Positions 24,311 to 37,396 of a DNA stretch of 64,000 bases are shown here, in pieces (positions within the stretch are counted from its first letter, which is position 1; each line of letters begins with the position of its first letter). This DNA is from Vitrella brassicaformis CCMP3155 (lineage: Eukaryota; Protista; Chromerida). The notes under the pieces were generated by a model. That model was not told the origin of the DNA. It did not search any database and saw only the letters and a list, made by a program, of their open reading frames with translations. The stretch spans positions 1 to 64,000 of the forward strand of contig CDMY01000399.1 in assembly GCA_001179505.1 (NCBI GenBank). The letters run 5' to 3'. A program made the translations under genes and the position numbers.

Positions 24311-27300
24311 TCACTCCTGGTATGAGATCAGCGCCGCTAGGTTCGCCAGCTGCGGCGTCACCAGCTGAGCCATCTCGATGATCGACCTGGCCACACACAC
24401 ACACACGCACACACACACACAGACACAGACACACGCAGCAGACAGACAGACCATGGGCATCACAAAACACGAGAACCGATGCCAATGCAGCACCGTGCAC
24501 CATTCCACTCACCTAGGGTTGCCCTTGAGCCGCTCCATGATGGGGTGCTGCATCAGCCGGTCCATCGCCTCGTCCCTCCCCAGCACGCCACCCTCCCCTC
24601 CACCACTGCCCGATGACCCGCCGCGGCCACTCACATCCCGCACGCACAGCGGCCGGCCCACCCGTCGCAGGAAAAGGTCCGCCGACGCCGCCCTGTCCAG
24701 GGGCATCAGCTCCTGGGACACCACTTTGACCTTGCCCTCGCTTATCAGCTGAATGGGCTTTCTGCTCGTGTCGTCGGATGGCCCATCAGTGTTGTTGGGG
24801 AGGGTGGAGGCCTTGTGGTGTGGGAGAGGGGGGTAGTTGGGTCGGGTGGAGAGGGAGCAGGTTCGGGCGGAGACGACGATGTGCAGGCCCTCGAGGCCCT
24901 CGGTCATGTGTGGGTGGAGGTCGTGGTTGAGGACGCTGTGCACGTCGCCCAGGAGCAGCTGCGTGAGCACCGCCTGGAGCCCGCCGGCCTTCAGGAAATC
25001 GTCCACCCCATCCAACACCAGCAGGCAACGACCTGCCAACACCACACACACAGAGAGGACACAGACACGTGTTGCCGGAGACAACCTTCCTTTCCTCTCT
25101 CTGTCTCACCTTTTCGCAGCCGCTCGGTGAGCACACGGACCGTCTCGCGCCACCGCCATCCCTCCAGATCGACGTTGCTCTCGCCTTCATCGCTCACGAA
25201 GCTGCCGCCCTCCACAGTGTGTTCAGACGCAGCCCTATCACGCGCCGACGATGCGTGCTTGATGCGACGATGGCCAGGCGGGAACTGAGGCACCTCCAGC
25301 ACTGATGAACCGAACACAGAGAGAGGGAGATGCCATGTGAGACGTGTCTGTGTGTCTGTGTGTCTGTGTGGTGTGTGGTTGCTGTCCCTTGTGCGCACCT
25401 GTTGCTAGAAGGTTGTGTATAATGTTGGTGGTCTCCTTGACCACTCTATACCCGCATGACGACCCCTCCACGCTCAGCGGCAGGTTGCTCAACGGCGCCA
25501 GGCGCAGGAAAATGACGCCCCCGGGGAAGATCTCCTCCCCCCGCAACGCGCAGTACCGACTCACCTCCTCACACACAGCCGTCTTGCCCACCCCCTCCTC
25601 GCCATGCAGCAGCACCAGCCGCCTCCGGTCCAGCAGCTGCAAAACCACCCACACGTCCAAGGTGCGGCCCACGAAATCCTCTGGGGGCTGGGGGAGGTGC
25701 CGCTTGACGAAGCATGACACCCTGCGAGCTGGCTTCCGCCTTTCTGTCCCAGTGACGGAGGGGGCTGGCTCGGTGCTGACGGATCGCTGGATGCCGAACA
25801 GGCGCGACATGAGCGACGGTTGCTGGGCTGATGTGGGTGTGGGGGCAGGGGTAGGGAGTGTGGTTGCTGGGATGGAGTGAGCTTGGTCGTCGGGCGTGCT
25901 GCCAAAGCCGATCCACCCGAACACGATGGGCAGCTGGCGAATGACCTGCAGACACATGCATGCATCAGACACACTCATCCATGCCTCTCTCTCTCTCTCT
26001 CCCTCTCCGTCTCTCACCGGGCATCTGCTCTGCTGCCATCTCTGCAGCAGCGGGCTCGAAGCAAGGTGCGGCAGCACAATGCTGGGATGGCCACTTGGCA
26101 GCGCCATCAGAGACGGCGGCAGTGACAGCGACAGACCACCGCTGCCACCGGGCGAGCACGGCACCGACGAGCACACCGGTCCCGGCCCCCCTGGTGACTC
26201 GCCTGACGTCATACGTGGAGGTTTGCTCCGCTCGCACAGCCAGGTGTTGTTGTTGTGTGTGGAGTGCTGTGATTGGCCGGAGGGGGAGGGCGGCGAGAGG
26301 GATGGCGGGCGTGGGTCGTCGCGCGGGCGTGGCTTGCTGTTGCTGCTGCTTGCCGATGGACACAGCACCTGAGACACACACACACACACACACACACATG
26401 CAGAGGAACAGAGAGACGCCCTTACTCTAATCTGACCTGTGAGTGGTTGCCGTCATGTGGGAGCAGCACGAAGCTCTCTGCGTCTGTGTTGTAGTTGTGC
26501 GGCGCCGACTGCACGGCCGCCCTGCCCAGCATGTAGGCCACGCCCACGTCCTTTCCGGACGCAAGGGCCAGGTAGAAACCCGCCGTGAACTGACGAGCCG
26601 CCTGGTCCTGCGCAAAGCAGAGAGAATGCAATGCAGCCACATGGATGATGCACCCAGCCCAGAAGGATGTGTGTGGGGGAGAGGCGGAGAGGGGTTGACC
26701 TACCTGTACGGTGTTGCTGACACAGATGACGTGTGGGATGCCGGCGGACGCGATGGCCACACCGATCTCATAAGAATGACAACAGTTCAAAAACACCAAC
26801 CTGTCGGCCGACACACAGACAGACACACGTCAGCCATGAGCAAAGCAAACACATACCCCCCCTCTCTCTCTGTGTGTGTAGGTGCTCACTGCACATCTGA
26901 CGAGCAGCCCTCAGCGTTATCCGTATCGTCGACCGACGAGGCACCGCTGTACACGGCCTCCAGCAGAGTCCGGAAGAAAGCAGGCGTCGCCACGTGCGCC
27001 GACCCCCTGACAAACCAAACCCCGCCACGCAGAGACACAAGCGACAGACAGAGATTGCACGTGTGCATCGAGTGCGTCATGGCCCTTGTATGGGGACAGT
27101 ACCTGCCGTCTTCGAAGGCGAGGCCACCCTCAAGCCCGTGTGCGGACAGGTGCAGCAGCTGCCCGCCGCCGAGCGTCAGCAAGGACCGCAGCGCAGCCGT
27201 GGTCGCAACACTTGCCTGAGCGATCCCATCCACACAACCAACACACGAGACACACACACAGAATGAATGAATGGGCAACCCGCTGTGAGACGTGCTGTGC

Positions 27301-28903
27301 GTCTGGGCGTGTACCTCGATAGCGACGTCGCTCCTGCCTGCGGTCTGGAAGGCGTGTTCGAGAGTGCGGAGCTCCTCGTACCAGTCGAGCGGGGGAAGCG
27401 GGCACAGCTGACCGTCCGGGCCGCACATCGTCAGCGGCGAGGCAAAGAGAAACTTCACACTCATCCTGTCACACACACACACACACACACACATACAGAG
27501 ATGACAGAACCATCCAAACATGTCTTTGTCCATCTTCCGGCGGCCAGCTTACGCGTCGTCCGCTGCCTCGTTCTCGCTCGCGTCATCCTCCTCCTCCCAC
27601 TCGTCATGGTCATGCTCATCGCCAGCATCGACCGACGGCCGGTACACCTCCGTCTCGAAGCTGCCGTGCGTCCCATCCGAGAGAAATGAGTCAAACAGGC
27701 CGCCCAGGAAGGGCGCGTTGCGCGATGATGAGCCGCTCGACGCCTCGTCGGGGTGGCATGGCGATGGCGATGATGACGACCGGCGAGTGCCGCCGCAGCC
27801 GGCGAAGTGCAGCAGCTGGTCGATCTCTGAGGGCTCTGCTGTGTGCTGGGGGGTGGGTGTGGCCACTGATGGGGGGGGCGGCATGGGGCTGAACGAGGAA
27901 GGGTGCCTGTGAGAGGTGAAAACGGCCGGCAGGGATGTGTAGGTAGTTGTCTGTGTGTGTGTGTGTGTGTGTGTGTACTGGTAGGTACCATCCTGTGTCG
28001 TCTTCGGAAAGAGTGCGGTCGACGTCTGGCTCGCTCGGCACATACGATGTGGACAAATTGCCCACCACAGTCAAACCAGACCTGACAACAGCAACAACAA
28101 CAGCAACACACACACTCACACACACAGATGCACACAAGACGCCACACGTCCTTTCTCACCAGCTGGACTCTTCGCTGGCGGTTCTGAACCTTACGGCAGC
28201 CCTGCCGGCCTCATACCCATCCCTCTCGCCATGGTGATCCGACGGGCAGTAGGGAGTGGTCATGACCTCACTCGCATACTCGCGCTGCTCGTCCACCACC
28301 GGCAAATGAGACGACACCGACCGCTCACGACAGCTGTCGTGATGAGGATGGTGCTGGTGCTGGTGGTGGTCATCGCTTCTCGGCGACGAGAAGCGGCGGA
28401 AGGACAGCCACCTCGACAGAGAGAACGGCCGGCTCTCGTCAGCTTCGCCGCCATTGGCATTGGCGTCAGTGGCATCGTCGTGAGGCACACTTGCTGAGCG
28501 AGAAAGGGTGGGCGAGTGAGGGCTGCTGGGCGATGGGGGTGACTGTGGCGCTGAGGGGATCATGCGCTGGTGCGAGGGGTCGGTAGATGGGCTGTACAGG
28601 GCTTCCCCGCCAAGCAGGTCACTCAACATCTGACACGAGACACACACACAGAAAGGCGTGAGTGAGAGGTGCAACCGCGACAGGACGTCTCACGACCAGT
28701 GCAGGCAGCCTCAGTGAGACCATCACCCACAGCTACCCCGCCCCCCTCTCCTCCCCACCCCGTCCCACCTGCAGGCAGGAAGACGTCCGCTGCGACACGG
28801 GTGCGTCCCTCCTGAGCATCGAGGTGCATGGCGGGTCAGGGGTAGTCGCGCGGCAGCTGGAGGACGACCGCTCCATCGAGGGCGTCTTGCGGGCCAGACT
28901 CAT
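24311..28903 (-). CDS. CHAT (caspase-like) protease - STAND/NB-ARC-type NTPase fusion (NLR-like)
   Basis: CHAT: KFLFASPL, LDWYEE, LLHLSAHG (His), LVFLNCCHS (Cys), DQAARQFTAGFYLAL. NTPase: PEDFVGR, LVLLHGEEGVGKT (Walker A), CLLVLDGVD (Walker B), IVVSAR, LMPLDRAASADLF, LKGNPR (GxP). Both ends are approximate. Confidence 0.85.
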
Positions 28904-29270
28904 GGTGCAGGGGTGGTCAGAGGGGGTGTTCACGAAGGGGAGGGTGTGTGCGTCATTGACACGGCATCTTGGCAAAGATCTGTCGATAAAGCCGTGGCAC
29001 GTGCATGGCCCTGGCAGACCCTGCACATCCTGGGCCTCCTGGAAGGGCGGCAACTCAACTTATGCTTCGATCGAAGCGCTTCCTCCGTTTAACCCTTCTT
29101 TGCTCTCTAACCCGAAAGCGATAGCATCCTTTCACCTCTTTTGGGACTTCCAGCTCACCGAATGCTGCTCCGAGAAGCAGAGCCCGGTGAACTCTCTCAA
29201 TCACATCACTCATGTCTGACACCCGAGATCACCCCGCTGACAATCGCATCTTCAGCGAGATACCGTTGAA

Positions 29271-32200
29271 ATGAGTCAGCAGCCAGAGGACCGGGCGCAG
29301 GAAGACGAGCTGTACAGGGAGCTTGCCCAGAGTGTGCGTAACCATGCGGCAGTGAGGGAAGGGGAAGGGGAAGGGGACGATGCCCATGGCGGTGCGAGTC
29401 CGGGGATGAATGGGGCGGGGGAGGGGAGGGAGGCCGACGACAAGAAGGTCACCATCACCCGTAAGCACCATGCAGGGAGGGGGATAGAGGCACGAACACA
29501 TCGAAATTCCCTTTTCCCGGCTCTCTGTGTGTATGTGTGTCTGTGCGTGTGTGCGTGTGTGTCTGGTGTGTGGCAGAGAACGATGTGTGTCTGGCCGTGC
29601 CCGACACGGCGAGTGCCCCCCCTGACGGCCACCCGGCCGGCGACTCGCCTGTCCAGGCTGAGATCTCAGGGTGAGCAGCGCACCCACTCACACACGAACT
29701 GTGTAGTTGTTGCCTGATCCTGATCCGTGGATCCATCGCATCGGTCCGTGTGTGTGTATGTCTGTCATCAGTGACGTGACCGCGCTGCTGAACGACTTTC
29801 ACGACCTGCCGAGCAAGAAGCAGTTCAGGCCGCTCCAGCACTTTCCTAAGAGATGGGACGATTTCAAAGCCGTAGGTGAGTGGATTGGTGGGCTAACACG
29901 AGAGCCCAACACACCACACGCACGCACAAAGGATGTTTGTTTCTTGTGTTTGCACAGGTCTGTGGTGTTGGCGCGAGTATGTGCCTATCGGTGGCTGGCT
30001 GCCGACGTACAACTGGCGGAAGGACGGCGTCGGCGACCTCGTCGCGGGGATCACCACAGCATGCTTTCTCGTCCCTCAGGTGACCATCCATCCATCCATC
30101 CATCCATCGTGAAAGCGGCTGTGTGTCTATCGCTCTGTGTGTGTGTGTGTGTATCGATCAGGGCATGTCCTACGCATTGGTTGCCAACCTGGAGCCCGTG
30201 TACGGCCTCTACTCAGCCATGGTCTCCACCATCGTCTACGCACTACTCGGCAGCTCACGGTCAGTCAGTCTCCCACTGCCCCCTCCCCTCGTCTCCTTCT
30301 CTTTGCACACAATCAATGAGTGCGTTTCTGTGCGCACTTTCTTTCGGTGCATTGCAGGCAGCTTGCTGTGGGTCCCGTAGCCATCGTGTCGATCCTGACT
30401 GCAGAGGCCATCTCTGAGCTGGGCATCGACCCCAAGCTGTCTGACGGCAATGAGAATCCCCTCTACACATCAAGGGCCATTGCGCTCGCCTTCGTGGTAG
30501 GTGAGCAGTGAGTGAGCACACAGACAGCTGTACGGCCCTGCCCTGCACTCTTGTGTTGTGCCGCGTGTGTCGTGTCAGGTTGGCATCTACTCGCTGGGCC
30601 TGGGTCTGTTTCGCCTGGGGTTCCTGGTCAACTTCCTGGGCCACCCGGTGGCCAGCGGCTTCACCTCTGCGGGCGCCATCATCATCGGCCTCTCACAGTT
30701 GAAGCACGTTGTCGGATACCAGGTGAGAACCATCTCTGCAGCCAGCAGCCGTGTGTATGTGTGTATGTATGTGTGTCGTCAATTGTCACCAACCAGGTGG
30801 ACAAGGGCACGATCCAGAAGAGCTTTGAGTCGATCATTGAGGGGGCCGAGGACTTCAGCTGGCAGTCGTTCCTGATGGGGGTGCTGGTCATATTTGTCCT
30901 GTGGCTGTTCAAACGCAACTTCTTTGTCAAACACCCCAAAGTATGCCAAAGCCAAAGCCAAACAGCACACAGAGATGCCCGTCTATGCAGAGAGAGAGAG
31001 AGAGACCCCTTTTGGATCATTGTGTCCTTTCCTCAGTTCCAGTGGATCCGTCGGCTGCCCTCGCAGCTGCTGGTGATCATCTTCGCCACACTCATCACCT
31101 GGGCGGCCGGCTTCCAGAACAAGCCAGCAAAAATAAAGGTACACTGACACGCCCAACCACCCACCCACGCAGATATACGCCTTCCCGCATTATCTGTGTG
31201 GGTGTGTTTGCAACAGATCATCGCAGCGGTACCCGACGGCATCCCGAAGGCGCAAGCGCCAGACATCGACAGCAACGTGTTCGCGGACCTGGCTGTGGCC
31301 GGCGGCACCATCACTCTCATCGGTATGTATCAGAAGAAGACATAGCGGCAAAGAGTCCGTTTGTTGCTCTATGGTGTGGGGTGTGTGTGCGTGTGTGTGT
31401 GTTCGTAGGGTTTATGGAGTCGATAGCAGTGGCGGAGATCTACGCGACCAAGAACGACTACTCGCTCATCCCAAACCAAGAGCTCATCGCCCTGGGCGCC
31501 TGCAACCTCCTCGGCTCAATGTTCTCGTGCTACCCCACTGCAGGTGACACCATCCACCCACCACACAGATCGAGACACCGAAAGATATTGTCACGCCTCT
31601 CTCTCTGTGTGTGTGTGTGTGTGTGTGTGGTATCAGGCGGCTTTGGCCGCACGGCCGTGAATGCGGCAGCGGGTGCCAAGACGCCCCTGGCGTCGCTGAT
31701 AACGGGGCTGGTCCTGGCGCTGGTGCTGGCCTTCCTCACGTCGCTCTTCTACTACCTGCCAAAACCCTCTCTCGGCGCCATTGTGATATTCGCCGTCGTC
31801 GGGCTCTTCGACTGGCAGGAAATGGTGGGTGTGGTCGGCAGGTTCACTCACGGCGATGGGCGTGATGGACGGATGGATGGATGGGTTGTGTGTGTCAGGT
31901 GCATCTGTGGCATGTCAACAAGCGCGACTTCTGCACGCTGATGGCGACGTTCATCTTGACGCTGACCCTGGGAGTGGAGACGGGCATCCTCATCGGCATC
32001 GGCATTTCCATCATACTCATCATCCACCAGTCGGCATTCCCATACACAGCTGTCCTGGGTACTTACTTGGACACGCACGCACCAGCAACACTTGTGTGTC
32101 AGCACATGTGTGGATGGATGGATGGCTGCAGGTCGTGTGCACAAACTGGGTGCCCCGTCTGAAGCCCCTGAAGCGGCGGAGGACCAGGTGTACCCTTTCT

Positions 32201-32951
32201 ACAGGTGCGGTGGGTGCGTCGGGCACATCCACGCCACGCCATATATAAACGTTCCTTATGTGTGTTGTGCTGTGTGTTGTGTGTGCTGTGTTTAGGGACA
32301 TCCGTCGCAAGAAGGACATCGCGTCGACCGTGCCGGGCGTGGTGGTCTTCCGGTTCGACGCCGACCTGCACTTCGCCAACTGCAACTTCTTCAAGGCACC
32401 CAACCAACCACACACCCATTCCCTCCTGACCCCTCCTCTCTGTGCGTGTGTGGTGTGGGCAGAAGCGTCTTCTCGAAGAGTACAAGCTCGCTGGCGGCTT
32501 CACCGGCGTCGAGGCCACCACCACGGTCCCGGCACGCGGCAAGGAGGAGACGGATTCGCCCGTCCTGTCGGTTCAGGAGCAGGAGAACGCCGTCCACACG
32601 ATCGTGCTGGAGTTCTCGAGCGTCACGCGCGTCGACTCCAGCGCACTTGCCGTACTCAAGAAGGTCCACGCTTACTACAGAAAGGTAAGTACCCGGATGA
32701 CCTCCCACACACACACACACACGCACACACACACATGCGCAATGTTTGTGTGTGCACAGAGGGGAGTTCGTCTGTATGTGGCCAACGCCAAGGCGGCGGC
32801 GCGAGACGACCTGCAGCGGGGCCACGTGGCTCAGATGTACGGCTACACGCACTTCTTCCCGTCGGTGGACTTGGCTGTCAAGCGGGCGCTGCTGTCGTGT
32901 GGTGGGTCGATGTCACGCAGCTACGAGAAGACCACACCGGTACACGCCTAA
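29271..32951 (+). CDS. SulP/SLC26 sulfate/anion transporter with C-terminal STAS domain
   Basis: [11 protein letters not shown]|[18 protein letters not shown]|[34 protein letters not shown]: [24 protein letters not shown]. Confidence 0.95.
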
Positions 32952-33632
32952 GTGACTGATGGATAGATGGATTGGCTGCTGCATAAGGGGGGAAGTTTGC
33001 CGTTGCTCGCGAGCCTAGTGAGGGGTCGGTGTGTCACTCACTAATGTGGTGGTGTTTACGTCTCATCTAGCGCACAGATACATGCTCATGAATGAATGGC
33101 TCTCTGGACGGACGGCTCTCTGGATGGATGGATGGAGTATTTTTCGGTCCTACTTATGCATCCGTGTGTTTGTTGCTGGCAGGAGCGAGATAATGCTTTG
33201 CTTTGCTCTGCTGTGCTCTTTGTGAGGGTCTTCTTGTGAGCGAGAGGTCTCACACATCACATTGACAGACAGCCATGATGCGCATGGAGAGGGGAGGGGG
33301 ACGGTGGAATTAGTTCAACAAATGGAGCGACACATGGTCTGTCCCGATGTCGTCCATACGCATCATGCGCACACACACACACACACACACACGTCCATCC
33401 ATTCATCCAACCGTTCCCCACTCACCATCCACCCGTGACGCGCGCCACACACAGACCATGCAGCACACACGGAAAGAAGAAGCCTTGAGACAGTTAGGTC
33501 ACCCACCCCTTATATACCAGCCCTTCCTCCCCCACCCACCCTCTCTTGCCTCCCCTCCCGTCACGCCAGCAGACAGTGCCGTCGAAAGAAAGAAACTGGC
33601 CGTTCAGAGGTGTAGTGCTCGCTCCTCTTCAG

Positions 33633-34143
33633 TTAGTAGCCGGGGTTGCCGCCAGGCGTCGGGCGGCCGAACAGGAGCACGTTGGGCTCCTTGCTGACAC
33701 CCGTTGATTGACACACAGGGACAAGACAGACAGCGCGAACATCGGATGAATGGATGGCAGTGGCTGGCTGGCTGGATGCCATCCAGCCTGGTCGTGTCCA
33801 CATGTGGATCCTCATACCCTGGATGCCCCATGTGGATCCAGCCTTTGCTCATGCTCAGCCGCAGCCCGCCACGGCCCCACTCCTCCTCGGTCAATGTGTC
33901 GCGGCCAGCCTGCTTCGCCGCTCTCATCAGCCTCTTGTACTCCTGCAAGGTGGCCGCACTCAACCTGACCACACAGAATCAGCCAGCAGGCGGGCATTCC
34001 ATGGAGTGGAACCTCTTCTGTTTATCTTATTGTACGATCCGCCACTCGCCCCAGTTGTCCTTGAGGCGAGGGCCGTAGAGGTTGCCACTCGTGTCGGCCA
34101 GTGGTATTGCCTCCCTCTCTTGTGAGATCGGTAAACTTGCCAT
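33633..34143 (-). CDS. Divergent Cks1/Suc1-like cyclin-dependent kinase regulatory subunit (3 exons; first junction uncertain)
   Basis: LYGPRLKDNWGEWRI ~ YSDKY.D..EYRHV. TLTEEEW..GLRLSMSKGWIH ~ LMSEEEWR.LGVQQS.GWVH. After a GT-AG intron, KEPNVLLFGRP ~ PEPHILLFRRP. Confidence 0.72.
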
Positions 34144-34948
34144 GTTCCGGTACCCCTTGGCATAAAAGGCCGTCTGGCCACCGCCTCTCTCACCCCTGAC
34201 GTATCTGTGTGTTTGTGAGTCACCAGTCTGATTGTTTGAATCTATCGTGGCGGCGGGCGAACAGCCGCGAAGGCACGAAGAGAGCGAGAGGGTGTGTATG
34301 AGTCTGTCTGCGTCAGCGAGGAAGGGGGCGGGCGGCGAGGCATAAGACAGGCAGACAGACAGACAGATAGATTAGTCCATGATAATTGGATGGATAGATG
34401 GCCAGTGTATGCCTGGCGGCAATTGATAGTTGATGAATTCGCTTGCTGTCCGTCATGTGCCACGCATACGAATACACCGAGTCCATCCATTGCAATGAGA
34501 GGGGGCTGTACACGCACACAATGATTGAGAAGTGATGCAGCCAGTCAGTCAGTCCCCATCGTCCGCGGCACCCACACCCACAGCCAGGCGACCCGTAGGA
34601 CAGATATGTATATAGAGAGGAGACAAGGAGAGTGAAGGGATCGAGGGGGGGAGGGCTACATCCACACACAGCTCTGCAGACGGCAACGCAGACACCGACG
34701 CCTCACAGAGGGGCCCATCCATGTGATGTGTGCGGGTGACTTGAAGACATGACAGCCCACAGCCCACAGCCAGCCAGCATCGGTGGGCCAGCGGCAGCAG
34801 CTAGCTACGGAGTCCGTTGTGAGCAATCCAGCCACAGATAACCTCCTGGACACCCACACAGCCACACACACACAGGGGGCACGACATCCATCAATCCATT
34901 GACCTGACAAAGCCATTTGTGGCGTACCGGTACTGTTTTGTTGGTTGG

Positions 34949-36091
34949 TCATCCGAGCGATGCAGTGTCGTCAGCGCCGTTCTCCTCCTCAGCTGCGGCG
35001 TCCTCGCCTGTCAAATAAACACACACACACACACACGTGTGTTGCGGATTGCCACCAGATGTGTGTGCCTCTCTTCCTCTGTTGGTACCTCCGCTGCCGT
35101 CAGCCATATCGTCACCATCACTGCCGTCCACACCACACACACAGAAGGCCCATCCACCACACACGCTTTCACTCACATGCTTCCGTCTCTTCCCTGTCCG
35201 TACCATCGTCACTGTCGTCATCGTCGCTGTCATCGTCTACCTGGCCGTCGAAGACATATTGCGCCACACCTGACCCCAGCGCCACACGGGCCAGCTGAGT
35301 GGTGACCGGGAAGCGATGCTTGAAGGGACCACCAGCACCAACCACAGGTGCCTCGGTCGTCGCGACACGAACGTCCACTGCAGACAGTCAGACAGAGGAA
35401 TGACAGAAAGAAAAGAATACATGACATTGACCACCAGAGCTGCCTGTCTCTCGGCCTTACCGTAGTTGTTTCCTAGATCCTGAATCAAAGTCCATGCGAC
35501 GAAGTTGTGGCTGCTGTTGGTCAGCACCAGCAACCGCACCTCACCGTCCCGGATGAATATGGTGGTGCACCCGGCCACTGGTGTGTGGGGCGACTGGGTC
35601 AGGAGGCCATCCAGACGGCCGCCGCCAACATACCTGAACCAACCACATACGCACACACACAATCACACACGCACCCCTCTCGCCACTGGCGCCATTGATG
35701 TGGTACCTGTTGAGTGATATCGATGTGCGATTGATCTGATGAGTCTGGTAGAAGTAGCTGAGGATCTTGTGCTTGGCGAACGACGACAATGACGCATCGG
35801 TGGTCGGGAGATGGCCCGACTCCCATTCGCTGTGCTGGAAAAAGTAGTGGATGCGGCTACGCACTGGTGGGTCATGCTGCTGTCGGTGCCGCTAATACAG
35901 ATGGCCGGCGGCGAGGGGCGGGTCGACGTCCAGCCGGAAGCCGGGCTCGTCCTTGATGGCCCGCACCTCACCATTGGCATGACGGAAGATCTGCAAGCGG
36001 CTGCCGTCACCGAAGTCCACGTGGCGGCCGACCACCATGAGCTGCGCCAACACACGGGGGAACGATCCATATGCCTACACCGGACCACACG

Positions 36092-36124
<33 letters not shown>

Positions 36125-37363
36125 ACACAGACAGAGAGGATGAGTCCTCTCTGCTCTCTCCCCGCCCCTCTGTGTGTGCCTTACCGTCTTGTTGGCGTGT
36201 GTGTTGATGTCATCGGCCGTGAGGTTGAGGGGCAGCTCACAGTAGCGGCACTGACTGGCCAGCTGCAGCACCTCCCCCGTCTCATCCCACCGCCCGCCCT
36301 CCTCGGCTATCCACACGGCCGCCATGAGGTCACCCATCCCCAGCGATGGGTCGAACCGCACCAGCTGCAGCTGTGGGGTGTTGATGCCGTGGCCATCACG
36401 GCTCAGTGAGTTGGCGAGGCGGTTGCGCAGCTCAGCAATGGTGAAGGCAGCCTGGATGCGCCGCGATGTGGCTCTGTGGCGGGCCGCCGTGACGATGTCG
36501 GGCAAATGGCCTCGGCTGCCAACGAACAAGTGGCTGACGGGGTGCTCCTGGCTGCCCCCCTGCAGATCGCACACACACGTAACAATGCAGATCGATACAC
36601 TCACAAGGCCCATCTGGTGCATGGCGGTCGGTTGTGTCAGACCCACCTGACAACGCGGCTGCTGCTCTTGCTGCGGGTGGCTGCGGGACGATGCGACGCC
36701 GTGGCGGTCGGGCGAGGCGAACAGCTCGTCTACTGCATCGGTCACGATCTGCACACACCACACAAACGACAGACACCGACATCAACACGGTGCTGTGTTG
36801 GCGATTCTAAAAATAAAAACACACACACTGGTCTTCTGACATGCTCACCCCTTTGGTGGTCTGTGTGTCGCCCCACATGAGCCGCTGCATCCTCAACGTC
36901 GTCACGCTCGACTGCAGCGCCGACTCGCTAACCGAACTCTCACTCACAAGGGCCGCACTCTGACAATGAACAATGGGACACACAAACCCACTCAGGCCAT
37001 AGATAGGCCGTGACACGTGTCGCTTTCGCTCACCCAGATGCCGCCCGCTATCTGCTTCTGGTTGGTCTTGCGTGTGATGTAGACGGCCGTGGCGGCCAGC
37101 AGACGGACATCGCACCCGGCCAAATCGACGTCACACATCGACAAGAACTGCACAGACAGACAGACAGACAGACAGGGAGAAGCCATTCGATGGCTGGAGG
37201 TGTCTGTGTGTGGCTGGCGGACAGACTGACCATGAGGTATTTGGCGAATGAAAACAGGCGGCCGTGGGTGTCCATGGCGGCAGCAGTGAACAGCTTCTCT
37301 ACACACCCAATGCCGCACACAGAGCTATCAACCGCACGACCCACCACCTGCACACAAAGAGCC

Positions 37364-37396
<33 letters not shown>

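Noticed and set aside
33604-33972. LYR-motif protein reading of LQEYKRLMRAAK
   Set aside because: The downstream EEEW..S.GWIH..EP.VLLF.RP motifs fit Cks1 much better.
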